Shown: positions 49,348 to 58,909 of the stretch, in pieces
Layout of the letters: each line of letters starts with the position of its first letter
How positions within the stretch are numbered: position 1 is the first letter of the stretch
The notes under the pieces: generated by a model
What the model was told of the DNA's origin: nothing
The model's database searches: none
What the model saw: only the letters and a program-made list of their open reading frames with translations
Assembly: GCA_035326705.1 (NCBI GenBank)
Contig: DAOLES010000002.1
Location: forward strand, 58,307-122,306
DNA from: Oligoflexia bacterium
GTDB lineage: Bacteria > Bdellovibrionota_G > JALEGL01
Direction of reading: 5' to 3'
DNA: 64,000 nt
Program-made: the position numbers and the translations under genes

Positions 49348-50069
49348 ACATTTAAAGACGGTTCAGTAATCCAGTGATGAGGAATGTTTTTCATTAGTAA
49401 AGCATTATCAAACTCTATGCTGTTTTTTGGAAACTGTTGAGTGTTGTTAAAATAGCTAGAAACCACTTGATTAACACTTAGTGTGTACATTTCCCAAACA
49501 TATGTTTTTAGGGTTAACCCTTGAAAGGTTTCTTTTTTGTCTGTTGGAGAAAAACCACAGGAGCCATTTCTAAAAAACTCCGAAGCTTGCTCAAAACTAT
49601 TAAACATAGATTGTTTGGGGAAAGATTGAGTTGTAGTACAATCTATTTCTAAAAAAGTACCATCCTTTTTATTTTTAAAAGATACATAATAATGATTTTG
49701 ACTTTCAATAACTTTAAAATTGGATAAATGATGAATGCCTGGAAATAAGCAACCCCCGGCCATAGCATTAAGTTTTGAAGATGTGTCTCTTCTGGGAATA
49801 TATACTCCGTCACGATAGCCGTTTTTTGTTGGGTATCGAACAGCAAAACGATGGGCAGCGTTTTCAGATCTTATTCCTGCAAAACAATCTGGGAGAAAGG
49901 TGGGTTTAATACCATTTAGTCTAATAAGGCATATCCCAACAGAAGCAAAGTTATTCAATACAATTGGTTCAAACGGTGTAGGAAGAAGTTTTTTTGCGAC
50001 GATTGGGTCCAATTTATAATTAATTAATATTCTTCTTTCAATTACACCTTTGATGCTTGGTATGTTCAC
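49344..50069 (-). CDS. hypothetical protein
   Basis: 241 aa, no confident family. Confidence 0.4.
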   Translation of the reverse strand: MNIPSIKGVIERRILINYKLDPIVAKKLLPTPFEPIVLNNFASVGICLIRLNGIKPTFLPDCFAGIRSENAAHRFAVRYPTKNGYRDGVYIPRRDTSSKLNAMAGGCLFPGIHHLSNFKVIESQNHYYVSFKNKKDGTFLEIDCTTTQSFPKQSMFNSFEQASEFFRNGSCGFSPTDKKETFQGLTLKTYVWEMYTLSVNQVVSSYFNNTQQFPKNSIEFDNALLMKNIPHHWITEPSLNV

Positions 50070-50184
50070 AATAAAAGAGTAGCAGTTTAAAAAATAAAAA
50101 ACCAGGTAATGATTTTCAGTAAAAATGGCTTTGTTGCTTTGTGAGCTTTTTCATTTGTTGTGATTGAGGTATAATTAAATTTCA

Positions 50185-50748
50185 ATGCGCAAGGGAGTAA
50201 TACTGATTTTTGTGGCTTCATGCTTGGCTTTTTCTCAAAGCTATGAACAGGTACAAAACATTGATCAATTGTTGCAAATATATGTAGTACAGCCGCATAT
50301 GCGCAGCAAAGAAGAAAAAGTAACCGTTAAACGTTTGCGTAATGGACAAGCCTATGCTGCTAAGATTGCCTACTGGAGAAGTCTTAAAGGTAGAGATAGT
50401 GAGCAAGAAGTATGTAATGCCTACCGCTGGTTACTGTTTGGACGAGGCAAATATGGCCAAGGAGCAGCCGATATTTTTATGCGTTATCCAAAGCTACGTT
50501 ATATTGAGTTAGAGTTTTTTGACGTTGATTATACGACAGTATTAGGTAAGAAAAAAGGTGAAGTCTTGCCTGCAAGACGGCCCATCAGTTATTTACGCTT
50601 GGGAGTCAAACCGGGCAATTTTCCACAAAACAGAAACACACTGGCCAAACTCAAAAAGAAACTGTACAAAGGGAATTGTATACGTGTAGCGCAACCATTT
50701 ATTGATAAGGCAGTTTTTGATGAAAAATACATTCAACAAGCATATTAA
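50185..50748 (+). CDS. secreted hypothetical protein
   Basis: 187 aa, signal peptide. Confidence 0.4.
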   Translation: MRKGVILIFVASCLAFSQSYEQVQNIDQLLQIYVVQPHMRSKEEKVTVKRLRNGQAYAAKIAYWRSLKGRDSEQEVCNAYRWLLFGRGKYGQGAADIFMRYPKLRYIELEFFDVDYTTVLGKKKGEVLPARRPISYLRLGVKPGNFPQNRNTLAKLKKKLYKGNCIRVAQPFIDKAVFDEKYIQQAY

Positions 50749-51166
50749 ACGTTCTAGCTTATCAAAAGGCATGACTTTTTTGGTCTTAACTTTATGCATT
50801 GGTTTTAGCCAGCTTAGAGCTAATACCTATCATGATAACCAGCACTTGCAGTTTTGGTTGAGTACTTTAAAACAAAGCCCTTTTATTTTGTTGCAAAAAA
50901 ATGCTGCCAGACAATTGGGATTGATGGGCGATATGCGGGCAAAATCTGAATTAGAGTATCAGGCAATTAATCATCCATCACATGAGGTCAGAGCCGAAGC
51001 CTTGTATGCCTTAGGCCGTATGGGTTCTATGGGCAGTATGGCTGTTTTGCAACGTGCCCTTAATAAAGAAACCCACCCCGAAGCTCAAAAACAAGCGCAA
51101 TTGGCCTTGGATATATTAGAAAAACGCAGAGATTATATTGAGCAACTCAAAGAACAAAAACAATAA
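50702..51166 (+). CDS. secreted HEAT-repeat (PBS-lyase-like) protein
   Basis: HEAT-like repeats (ARQLGLMGD...EVRAEALYALGRMGS). Overlaps the previous ORF's end, so the true start is probably an internal Met (MKNTF... or MTFLV...). Confidence 0.45.
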   Translation: MIRQFLMKNTFNKHIKRSSLSKGMTFLVLTLCIGFSQLRANTYHDNQHLQFWLSTLKQSPFILLQKNAARQLGLMGDMRAKSELEYQAINHPSHEVRAEALYALGRMGSMGSMAVLQRALNKETHPEAQKQAQLALDILEKRRDYIEQLKEQKQ

Positions 51167-51577
51167 GCTAAGGTGTAAAGCAACTTAATCCAAGAGATAT
51201 ATTTTGCTCATTAATTATTTTAAGTTGCTTTGGGCTGTATTCCCAATTGCATTGATCAACATATTCAAGGTGTAAAGTTAAAGAAATCTCCTCAATCCTC
51301 AGGGCTTTTTTATTTAAATGGTTTGTAATAAAATTAAGGGTTGTTTCTAAGCTATCTGAGTTATTTGATGTACTATGAACATTGATCTATAGTCTTGTGT
51401 TGTTATTATAAGAAGCAAAATGAGACAGGTGAAATTCTTTTTCATACAACTCAACAAGCGATTTAAGCGTAGAATAATTGATAGCGTTTCCACTAAAATA
51501 ACAGATGGTAAAGTTATCTTTGATCATAAATGATTTGAATCTTTTAGCTTTTCGAAAAAGAACTAAAATTCAAAACG

Positions 51578-52675
51578 CTAGCCATAAATTCGTTCTTTGG
51601 CCATGGTGATGGCAATTTTTGCTGTATCTTGGTTTTCTTGTTTTGAGCGGTTTAAAATAGTCAATACTGTGTCATGAATTTGATGGGTTTTGGCTTTGGC
51701 TGCCGTTTCATCATAGCCATGGCGTTCTTGATCAACATTAATTAAACCACCGGCATTAATCACAAAATCAGGCGCATATACAATATTTTTCTCAAATAAA
51801 AGTTCAGAAATGGCAGGACTTTCTAATTGATTGTTGGCCGCGCCAGCAACAATTGGGGTATTGAGTTGCGGTACAATTTCTTCGGTAATAATGCCACCTA
51901 AAGCGCAAGGCGCTAAAACATCACATTCTACAGTAAGAATATCATCTAAAGTAGTTGCTTGCGCATTGAACTCTTGTTTACAGCGTTCAATACGTTTTTC
52001 ATTGATGTCCGTAACAATGAGTTTTGCCCCTGCTTCATGCAGTAATTTTGCTAAAGGGTAACCTACATGTCCTAGGCCCTGAATGGCAATGCGTTTACCC
52101 GTAAGATCTGAGGAACCAAATTGAAAGGCTACACTGGCCAAAATACCTCTATACACACCGTAAGCGGTCATGGGCGAAGGGTCACCTGAACCACCAAAAG
52201 CAGGAGGTGCCCCGGTAACGTGATTGGTTTCTGATTTTACAGCAATCATGTCTTCATCAGAAGTGCCAGAGTCAACCGATGTAATATATTTACCATTGAG
52301 ACGTTCAACAAAGCGACCAAAAGATTTAAGTACCGCTTCATTTTTGTCAGTTTCTGGGTTGCCAATAAGCACTGATTTTCCGCCACCTAAAGATAAACCC
52401 GCAATTGCAGCTTTGTATGACATGGCTTTGGATAAGCGCAGAACATCGTTTAATGCGCTGGATTCATCTTTGTAAGGGTAAAAACGTAAACCGCCCAAAG
52501 CAGGTCCTAAAGTAGTACTATGTATTGCAATAATGGCTTTAGCCCCAGAGTCTTTGTCATAAAAATAGTTAATGTGTTCGTAATTTTTTTCTTGCATGAG
52601 CGACATGATGTTGCTCGTAGGCGTGGAGGAAAAATCTTGTTTCATTGCCATGATGTCTACGAGATAACTGCGCAT
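51578..52675 (-). CDS. Glu/Leu/Phe/Val dehydrogenase family (leucine dehydrogenase-like)
   Basis: KAIIAIHSTTLGPALGGLRFYPY block and catalytic K in LGGGKSV; NAD-binding GLGHVG. True start likely an internal Met (MSLMQEK...). Confidence 0.85.
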   Translation of the reverse strand: MRSYLVDIMAMKQDFSSTPTSNIMSLMQEKNYEHINYFYDKDSGAKAIIAIHSTTLGPALGGLRFYPYKDESSALNDVLRLSKAMSYKAAIAGLSLGGGKSVLIGNPETDKNEAVLKSFGRFVERLNGKYITSVDSGTSDEDMIAVKSETNHVTGAPPAFGGSGDPSPMTAYGVYRGILASVAFQFGSSDLTGKRIAIQGLGHVGYPLAKLLHEAGAKLIVTDINEKRIERCKQEFNAQATTLDDILTVECDVLAPCALGGIITEEIVPQLNTPIVAGAANNQLESPAISELLFEKNIVYAPDFVINAGGLINVDQERHGYDETAAKAKTHQIHDTVLTILNRSKQENQDTAKIAITMAKERIYG

Positions 52676-52694
52676 GAGTCAAGGCAAGGACGAT

Positions 52695-53399
52695 TTATTT
52701 TAAAATTAAAGAACCATAAGAATGGACCAGTTGCGCTGCTAAGTATTGGGTATTATTAGGGTCACTGGATCGTCTTCTGCGCAAGTAGCTATTGAGAATG
52801 CTTTTGTTACTATCTTTATGTTGGTTTTCAAAACCACTGTTTAAATAAGATTTACGGACTCTGCCATTGATGTGATGTAAGAATGTAACTTGACCGTCAT
52901 TGCTTATGCTTTCAACAATGCCAACATGACTTAATGGGTCATTGAGTTTTCCGTCACCGTTGCGGTCATAAGTGTCAGAGAAAAAGATGAGGTCGCCCAT
53001 TTTGGGGAATTGATCTTTGTCCAAAATAAAACCGTTTTTTTCAATAAACTGATAAAGAATAGAAACCCCATTGCCTTTAACATTTTGTATTCTAGCGTAT
53101 TTTTTAGTGAGTAAGCCATTGCGATGCAAGATACTGGCAATATAACCACTGCAGTCATGTGAAAAACTTGCGTCTTCAAATTGGTAAGATCTTGATCTTT
53201 TTAATTGATAGGCATCTGCTACCAGGCGTCTACGTTTAGTGCCATCAGAATGACTGTCCCAAAGCATGTTATTTTTTTTCAAGGTTTTGTGACATGCACT
53301 GCTTGAAAAAATAAAAACAAGACACAAAAAAAACAAGCTCACATTTTTTAAACTATACTTTTTCTGGTTTGGGTTTATTGTGTCTAAATTAAATGGCAT
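52695..53399 (-). CDS. NlpC/P60 (C40) family peptidase
   Basis: 234 aa, signal peptide. Catalytic Cys in DCSGYI and His in HVGIV. Confidence 0.7.
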   Translation of the reverse strand: MPFNLDTINPNQKKYSLKNVSLFFLCLVFIFSSSACHKTLKKNNMLWDSHSDGTKRRRLVADAYQLKRSRSYQFEDASFSHDCSGYIASILHRNGLLTKKYARIQNVKGNGVSILYQFIEKNGFILDKDQFPKMGDLIFFSDTYDRNGDGKLNDPLSHVGIVESISNDGQVTFLHHINGRVRKSYLNSGFENQHKDSNKSILNSYLRRRRSSDPNNTQYLAAQLVHSYGSLILK

Positions 53400-53493
53400 A
53401 TACCCTTAAGATTATCACGAATAAAAAAAACTAAAAGTTAAAAAATACTTACTTGACATGATGATTGTTTAAAGTGTTTAAGCTAATATTCAA

Positions 53494-55200
53494 ATGACCC
53501 CATTTAAAGAAATTGTTAAAAAAAGTCTGGTTGAACATTTGCAGTTGGACAGTAGTGTTCTTGAAGAGCTTTTAGAAAAGCCGCAAAACCCTGAACACGG
53601 GCACTTATCTTTACCTTGTTTTATTTGGGCAAAAACACTTAAAAAAGCACCAAACCTTGTTGCGCAAGAATTTTGTCAAAAACTAGAGCAAGTAACTTTA
53701 GACGAGCAAATACAAAGTGTCACAGCGATTGGTCCATATCTAAATTTTAAGCAAAATCAGATTTTATTGGCACAAGATTTATTAAAAACAATCTTAAAAA
53801 AAGGAACAGGCTTTGCTAAAAAAACTTTAAGCAATTCACCTTCAGTGGTTTTAGAGTTTTCTAGTCCAAACATTGCAAAGCCCTTGTCCATTGGACATTT
53901 AAGAACAACCAATATTGGTGCATGTTTATCCAGAGTTTTTAAACATCAGGGTTGGAGTGTGATTCGTATTAACCATTTGGGAGATTGGGGAACCCAATTT
54001 GGTAAAGTGATGTTGGCTTTTAGATTATGGGGAAATGCACAAGATTTGGAAAAACACCCTATTGATACTTTGTACAAATTGTATGTAAAGTTTCATGAGG
54101 AAGAAAAAAATGATCCAAGTTTAGCGGATCAGGCAAGAGAATGGTTTACAAAACTAGAACGTTCAGATGAAACAGCTAAAGAATTATGGCAATGGTTTAA
54201 GGATATTTCTTTAAAAGAACTCAACACAATTTACCATGAGTTGGGGGTTGAGTTTGACCATGTTTGGGGCGAAAGTTTTTATGTAGATATGCTTGATGAT
54301 TTGATTGCAGATTTAAAACAAAAAAAATTATTAAAAGACAGCCAAGATGCCAAAATTGTTGATTTAAAAGAGTACAATTTAGGGGTCAGTGTTATACAAA
54401 AAAAAGATGAGAGCTCTTTGTACATGACCCGTGATTTGGCGGCGGCACAGTACAGGTACCAACAGTTCAATTTTGATCAAATGCTTTATGTGGTTGGCAA
54501 TCCGCAAAAATTGCATTTTCAGCAGCTATTTAAGATATTAGAGCTTTTAGGCTGTGATTTTGTTGATAAATGCCATCACATTGCTTATGGCCATGTGGAT
54601 TTTGGCCATGAAAAAATGTCTACCCGCAAAGGCAATATCGTTTTACTCAAAGATGTCTTGCAGCAGGCTAAAGAAAGAGCTTTGAAAGTTATTGAAGAAA
54701 AAAATAGTACTCTGGAAAATAAGCAAGATGTTGCTAACGCTGTGGGGGTAGGAGCGGTTTTGTTTGCTGATCTAAACGCCAAACTGGCGCGAGACGTAAA
54801 ATTTACCTGGGATGAGATTTTAAACTTTGAAGGTGAAACGGGCCCATACTTGCAGTACGGTTTGGTTAGAGCCAAGTCAGTTTTGGAAAAGTATAATGGT
54901 AGATGGACGGATCAAATAGACATTAACTCTATTGAAACAACTGAAGAACAAAGTTTGTTGCAAAGCCTTAATGATTACCCGCAAATTTTGGACAAAACAC
55001 TTCATGAAAAAGAGCCATTTTATTTGGCACAATATGCCTTAGAATTGGTTAAACAATTTAATCGTTTTTACACCAAATGCAGAGTTTTAGATGCTCCAAA
55101 GGAGCAAAAATATTTTAGATTGTGTTTGGTTAAGAGTACAACCATAGTTTTAGAGGCCAGTTTAAAGCTTTTGGGGTTGCCCATAGTCGAAAAAATGTAA
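53494..55200 (+). CDS. argS: arginine--tRNA ligase
   Basis: 568 aa. HIGH-class motif (PNIAKPLSIGHLR), class-I KMSK-like MSTRKG, DALR anticodon-binding domain. Confidence 0.95.
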   Translation: MTPFKEIVKKSLVEHLQLDSSVLEELLEKPQNPEHGHLSLPCFIWAKTLKKAPNLVAQEFCQKLEQVTLDEQIQSVTAIGPYLNFKQNQILLAQDLLKTILKKGTGFAKKTLSNSPSVVLEFSSPNIAKPLSIGHLRTTNIGACLSRVFKHQGWSVIRINHLGDWGTQFGKVMLAFRLWGNAQDLEKHPIDTLYKLYVKFHEEEKNDPSLADQAREWFTKLERSDETAKELWQWFKDISLKELNTIYHELGVEFDHVWGESFYVDMLDDLIADLKQKKLLKDSQDAKIVDLKEYNLGVSVIQKKDESSLYMTRDLAAAQYRYQQFNFDQMLYVVGNPQKLHFQQLFKILELLGCDFVDKCHHIAYGHVDFGHEKMSTRKGNIVLLKDVLQQAKERALKVIEEKNSTLENKQDVANAVGVGAVLFADLNAKLARDVKFTWDEILNFEGETGPYLQYGLVRAKSVLEKYNGRWTDQIDINSIETTEEQSLLQSLNDYPQILDKTLHEKEPFYLAQYALELVKQFNRFYTKCRVLDAPKEQKYFRLCLVKSTTIVLEASLKLLGLPIVEKM

Positions 55201-55203
55201 ACT

Positions 55204-55238
55204 CACAGCTTTAAACTTACCAATCATTTAAAGCTGTG
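55204..55238. terminator. bidirectional hairpin between argS and a convergent small ORF
   Basis: 12-bp perfect stem CACAGCTTTAAA / TTTAAAGCTGTG with an 11-nt loop. Confidence 0.45.
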
Positions 55239-55260
55239 GATTAATGTATAAAATTAATTT

Positions 55261-55458
55261 TTAGAGTAAACGGTTTTTCACTCTCCGATTTCTATAAGCA
55301 GCATAAGCAGCTGGATCTTTAATGAAAGGGTTACGTTTTTTTTGCTGACGATCAACCGGACTTTCAAAAATTTCCGCGTCATCAAACTGCGAGTTTTCTG
55401 CTTTTAATTTATCTAAGTCTACATTCTTTACACTATCTTTTTCTTTACTCATATTCAC
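55261..55458 (-). CDS. small basic hypothetical protein
   Basis: 65 aa; existence uncertain. Confidence 0.3.
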   Translation of the reverse strand: MNMSKEKDSVKNVDLDKLKAENSQFDDAEIFESPVDRQQKKRNPFIKDPAAYAAYRNRRVKNRLL

Positions 55459-55642
55459 TCCTTAAATGCCCCCTTGCGGACATTAAAGCAAAAAACAACT
55501 AAAAAATCAAACACTGTTTTTTTAAAAAAACACTTTATAATCAATAATTTAAGCTTTGCGTTGTAAAAAGAAACTAAAAAAATAACGCAAAACATCATTT
55601 TGTTTGTAGATAAAGTTAAATCATTTAACCTAGATTATTGGT

Positions 55643-57058
55643 TTATTGACCTTTTTTTTGTAAAACACTTTGCCAATAATGAATATTAGCAAACAGCGCC
55701 TGTATTGTTACATTTAGATCTTCAATATACTGTTCCAAAGGAGGATCAGTTAGGTTGTAGCATAACGTGCTATAGTTTCTTCTTAGTACAATGGCGAGCA
55801 TTGGGATGCCCCTATTATGCATGTATAGTTCTGGCATACCAGGCATAAGTTCATTTAAAATCAATGGCTCATAACCATTGTATTCGTTAGCATTAATGGC
55901 TTGGTGAATATATTCAGCAATTGTTCTGGGATCTTGGTCATCAAGATGAAAAATACCTCCGTTGTCTATAGCAGAATGTAAAGAAACAATATTATTGAAT
56001 GTAATTTTAGGGTGATTGTTTGCAACTAAATTAATTAAAGCTTGGGTCTCAGCTTCACTGTTTTCTGTGCCTCTATAAATATCAGAGTTAGGGTCATCAG
56101 AAAAAGTAGGATTACCATTGTTAAATGTTTCATCGTCATCTGGGTAGCTTTGATCATTGTAAAATCTAAAGTCTTGGGAGCATTGTGGGTCAAAAAAATT
56201 ACGGTCTATATCAACACCAAAACCATTTATGGTTTCTCCATTTTTAGTCTGGTTGGATACTGGGCGTCTATTTTTTCTCCACACTTCATTGTGTGTATTG
56301 GCATAAACAAATCCGTCAGGGTTTAAAATGGGGATAAACCAGACGGCAGTATTACAGTATTGTTGGGGGTTAACAGTTAACTGGTGTAAAAATTCTAGCA
56401 TAGAATAAAGGTTAGACATTACTGTAGATCTTTCTCTAGCATGGGCTAAAGATACCCAAACAAGATTGATATTTGCAATGCTATTGGGGCACGCAATTTT
56501 ATAAGCATAAATTGGTCGTTTTTCATAGCTGGTGCCAAGTTGAATTGTTTCAATGAGTTGTGGGTACTCTTGATTTAAAAAATGTTGGATAAAATACTCA
56601 ATTTGCTGATACAAGGAGAAGAGCAAATAATGTTCAAGACGAGAAAAAAACTCTGCTGAATGTTCGTAATCACTATGAAGCTCAAATTCTCTAACGTGAG
56701 AAAGGCTTCGGCCTATAGTTAAATCATAGGTAATTCTTTTATTCCTTACAGATTCTCTGATTTCCATTAGTGCAAATGGGTCTATGAAATAGGTAGGACT
56801 ACCCTTTACTTGACTATATGTATTATTTTCATCTTTTTGAGCAAATCCCCAAAATATGATGTTGCTATTTGAATCAAGTGAAATATACACGAGTTGATTT
56901 CTACCATCATCAAAATTTACTGTAGCAAAAAAAGTTTTTGTACTTGATTGGATAAAAAAGGGATTAAAACTGTCCCATTCAGGTAAAGCTTCACTGGCAA
57001 AGCCAGTGTGAACAATAAAAATTATAAATAAACTTATTTTTTGTATCCATCTCCACAT
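55643..57058 (-). CDS. M14-family zinc carboxypeptidase-like secreted protein
   Basis: 471 aa, signal peptide. HxxE zinc motif (LAHARERST) and downstream His ligand region. Confidence 0.65.
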   Translation of the reverse strand: MWRWIQKISLFIIFIVHTGFASEALPEWDSFNPFFIQSSTKTFFATVNFDDGRNQLVYISLDSNSNIIFWGFAQKDENNTYSQVKGSPTYFIDPFALMEIRESVRNKRITYDLTIGRSLSHVREFELHSDYEHSAEFFSRLEHYLLFSLYQQIEYFIQHFLNQEYPQLIETIQLGTSYEKRPIYAYKIACPNSIANINLVWVSLAHARERSTVMSNLYSMLEFLHQLTVNPQQYCNTAVWFIPILNPDGFVYANTHNEVWRKNRRPVSNQTKNGETINGFGVDIDRNFFDPQCSQDFRFYNDQSYPDDDETFNNGNPTFSDDPNSDIYRGTENSEAETQALINLVANNHPKITFNNIVSLHSAIDNGGIFHLDDQDPRTIAEYIHQAINANEYNGYEPLILNELMPGMPELYMHNRGIPMLAIVLRRNYSTLCYNLTDPPLEQYIEDLNVTIQALFANIHYWQSVLQKKGQ

Positions 57059-57107
57059 ATAGTTGCGTAAGTAGCATAATGCTAAGCAGCAATCAATAGG
57101 TTTTATA

Positions 57108-57145
57108 ATAAAAAAAGCCCGGTAGGTTTTTATCTGCCGGGCTTT
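57108..57145 (-). terminator. rho-independent terminator downstream of the LTXXQ-protein gene
   Basis: Stem GCCCGGTA / TGCCGGGC with a 10-nt loop; A-run on plus gives a T-run on the minus strand after the hairpin. Confidence 0.5.
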
Positions 57146-57167
57146 TAAACGTTAATATTAAATGGAT

Positions 57168-57800
57168 TTATTTCTTTTTTTTATGTTTCTTGTGCTTTTT
57201 TTTGCCAGATTTTTTTTGACTTTTTTCTGGTGCCTCACTTTTTAACATTTCCCAAACTTTTTTGTTTTGTTCCTCTGTTAATACTTTTGATGAGGTGTGT
57301 TGGTGCATTAAGTTATGTTCAACTTTTTGTGCTTTTAACGCCCCTACTTTTTGGGCATGCTCTTTGATTTGCGCTTCTGTTAGCTTCTTGTCATGAATTT
57401 TTTGTGCAAAGTCGTCATGCAACTCTTTCCATTCTTTATGCAATTGATCTTGCTTTTTTTCATAGCTTTTTTGCTGATCTTCAAGCGTTTTGACTTGTTT
57501 TTTATCCAGACCAAGTTCTTTTGCATGGCTCAAGTAAAATTGGGTGTGGTCCATTTTTTTCTTGGCCCAATGATGCTTCTTGTATTTTGCTTTGCAGTGC
57601 GCACAAGCATCTTGTTTATTGGTGTCACAGGCTTTACCTTCACAGGCTTTGGCAGATTCTGAACCGCAATCGCAGGCTGCTTGTGTGTGGTTGTCTGCCA
57701 TGACGACAGTATTATAGTTAAAGGTTAGTCCTAGTAAGATGAGTATTAAATATATTTTTTTCATACTTACTATTTTTGTGGCAATAGCCAAAATAGTCAA
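57168..57800 (-). CDS. periplasmic LTXXQ-motif protein (CpxP/Spy/ZraP-like) with Cys/His-rich N-terminal region and poly-Lys tail
   Basis: Signal peptide. CDCGS..C.GKACD..C.HCK cluster; three LTxxQ-like motifs (VKTLEDQQ, LTEAQIKEH, LTEEQNKKV); C-terminal KKSGKKKHKKHKKKK. Confidence 0.5.
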   Translation of the reverse strand: MTILAIATKIVSMKKIYLILILLGLTFNYNTVVMADNHTQAACDCGSESAKACEGKACDTNKQDACAHCKAKYKKHHWAKKKMDHTQFYLSHAKELGLDKKQVKTLEDQQKSYEKKQDQLHKEWKELHDDFAQKIHDKKLTEAQIKEHAQKVGALKAQKVEHNLMHQHTSSKVLTEEQNKKVWEMLKSEAPEKSQKKSGKKKHKKHKKKK

Positions 57801-57803
57801 GTT

Positions 57804-58481
57804 TTGTTATATCCAAGCACTAAAGTTATGCAGACATACAACTACCAAATCATTCAAAATAAAAGTTACAATGAAATTCTTGCTTTGCAAAATCAAATTA
57901 GAGATGGAATCATCAATGAAGCTAGACCAGGAAAGATTCTGATGGTTGAACATCAACCGTGCATTACCTTTGGCAGAGCAGAAAAAGGTGAGAATTTAAA
58001 ACATAGTTTTTCTTGGTTAGAAAAACAGGGTTTTGAATTGGCACAAATTAACCGCGGTGGAAAAATCACCTACCATGGCCCCGGTCAATTGGTTTTATAC
58101 CCTATTGTCAATATGAAAGACTTTTCAATGGGCGTAAAGCAGTTTGTCTGTGGTTTAGAAAAAGTGATGATTCATGTGTGTCAGCAATATGGAGTTAAAG
58201 CGCAAAGAAAAGAAGGGTTTCCTGGGGCATGGGTCAATGAGCAAAAAAAACTGGGTTCTGTGGGGATTCATGTGCGTAAGATGGTGAGCATGCATGGCTT
58301 TTCATTGAATATTAATCCAAATTTAAGTCATTTTGATGTGATGTTACCCTGTGGTTTAGATGGCGTACAGATGACCTCCTTGGCCAAGGAAACAGGCAAT
58401 GACTTGGACTTTAAAACCTGTTTTGACCGGGCAAAAAGTGCTTTTGAAGAGGTTTTTTCTTGTAAGCTCACAAAGAGCTAG
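57804..58481 (+). CDS. lipB: octanoyltransferase (lipoate-protein ligase B)
   Basis: 225 aa. RGGKITYHGPGQLVLYPI block and catalytic Cys region (...LPCGL...). Confidence 0.85.
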   Translation: MLYPSTKVMQTYNYQIIQNKSYNEILALQNQIRDGIINEARPGKILMVEHQPCITFGRAEKGENLKHSFSWLEKQGFELAQINRGGKITYHGPGQLVLYPIVNMKDFSMGVKQFVCGLEKVMIHVCQQYGVKAQRKEGFPGAWVNEQKKLGSVGIHVRKMVSMHGFSLNINPNLSHFDVMLPCGLDGVQMTSLAKETGNDLDFKTCFDRAKSAFEEVFSCKLTKS

Positions 58482-58682
58482 TAATAGTAAATATTAGCTA
58501 AGTTATTGAGCTAAGGTAATATGTGAGGGCATTTTACATGACCGAGCACACAGGAGCGAAGAAACAAAAACGATGTTTTTGTTTCTGAGAGGGACGTGAG
58601 GGCCTCTTAAGAAAAAGAGCGTAGCGAGAGAAGAGGTTTTTTCTTGTAAGCTCACAAAGAGCTAGTGATAGTAAGTTTTAGC
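58446..58682 (+). mobile_element. second copy of the two-hairpin element, flanked by a 53-bp direct duplication of the lipB 3' end
   Basis: Direct repeats 58446-58498 and 58630-58682, 3 mismatches. The 131-bp insert has an ~87-nt core (58543-58629) that aligns with the core at 19372-19458. Confidence 0.5.
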
Positions 58683-58909
58683 GGAGTTATTAAGTTGACG
58701 TGTTATGAACACAAAAAAGTTTTCTACTGGCTCAAACAATGGGTAGCAAAGCTACCCAAACTCGCCATACGAAAATCTTTTTTATGCTCAAACATTTTGA
58801 AAATGAAAAACCGGAAGAGAGGCCATGTGCTGACTCTGACCTGGGTGGCGCCACGATAAACTGGCAAAAGAAGCTAAGGCTGCCATAGGAAAAGAAGGTT
58901 TATCCTGAA

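Noticed and set aside
58780-58870. Possible SRP (4.5S) RNA or other ncRNA, suggested by a GC-richer stretch with CCGGAAGAGAGG and GACCTGGG
   Set aside because: Motif order and spacing do not fit the conserved SRP helix 8 (…GGUCCGGAAGGAAGCAGCC…). No tRNA-like T-arm motifs either. Left as unexplained sequence within the repeat-rich leader.
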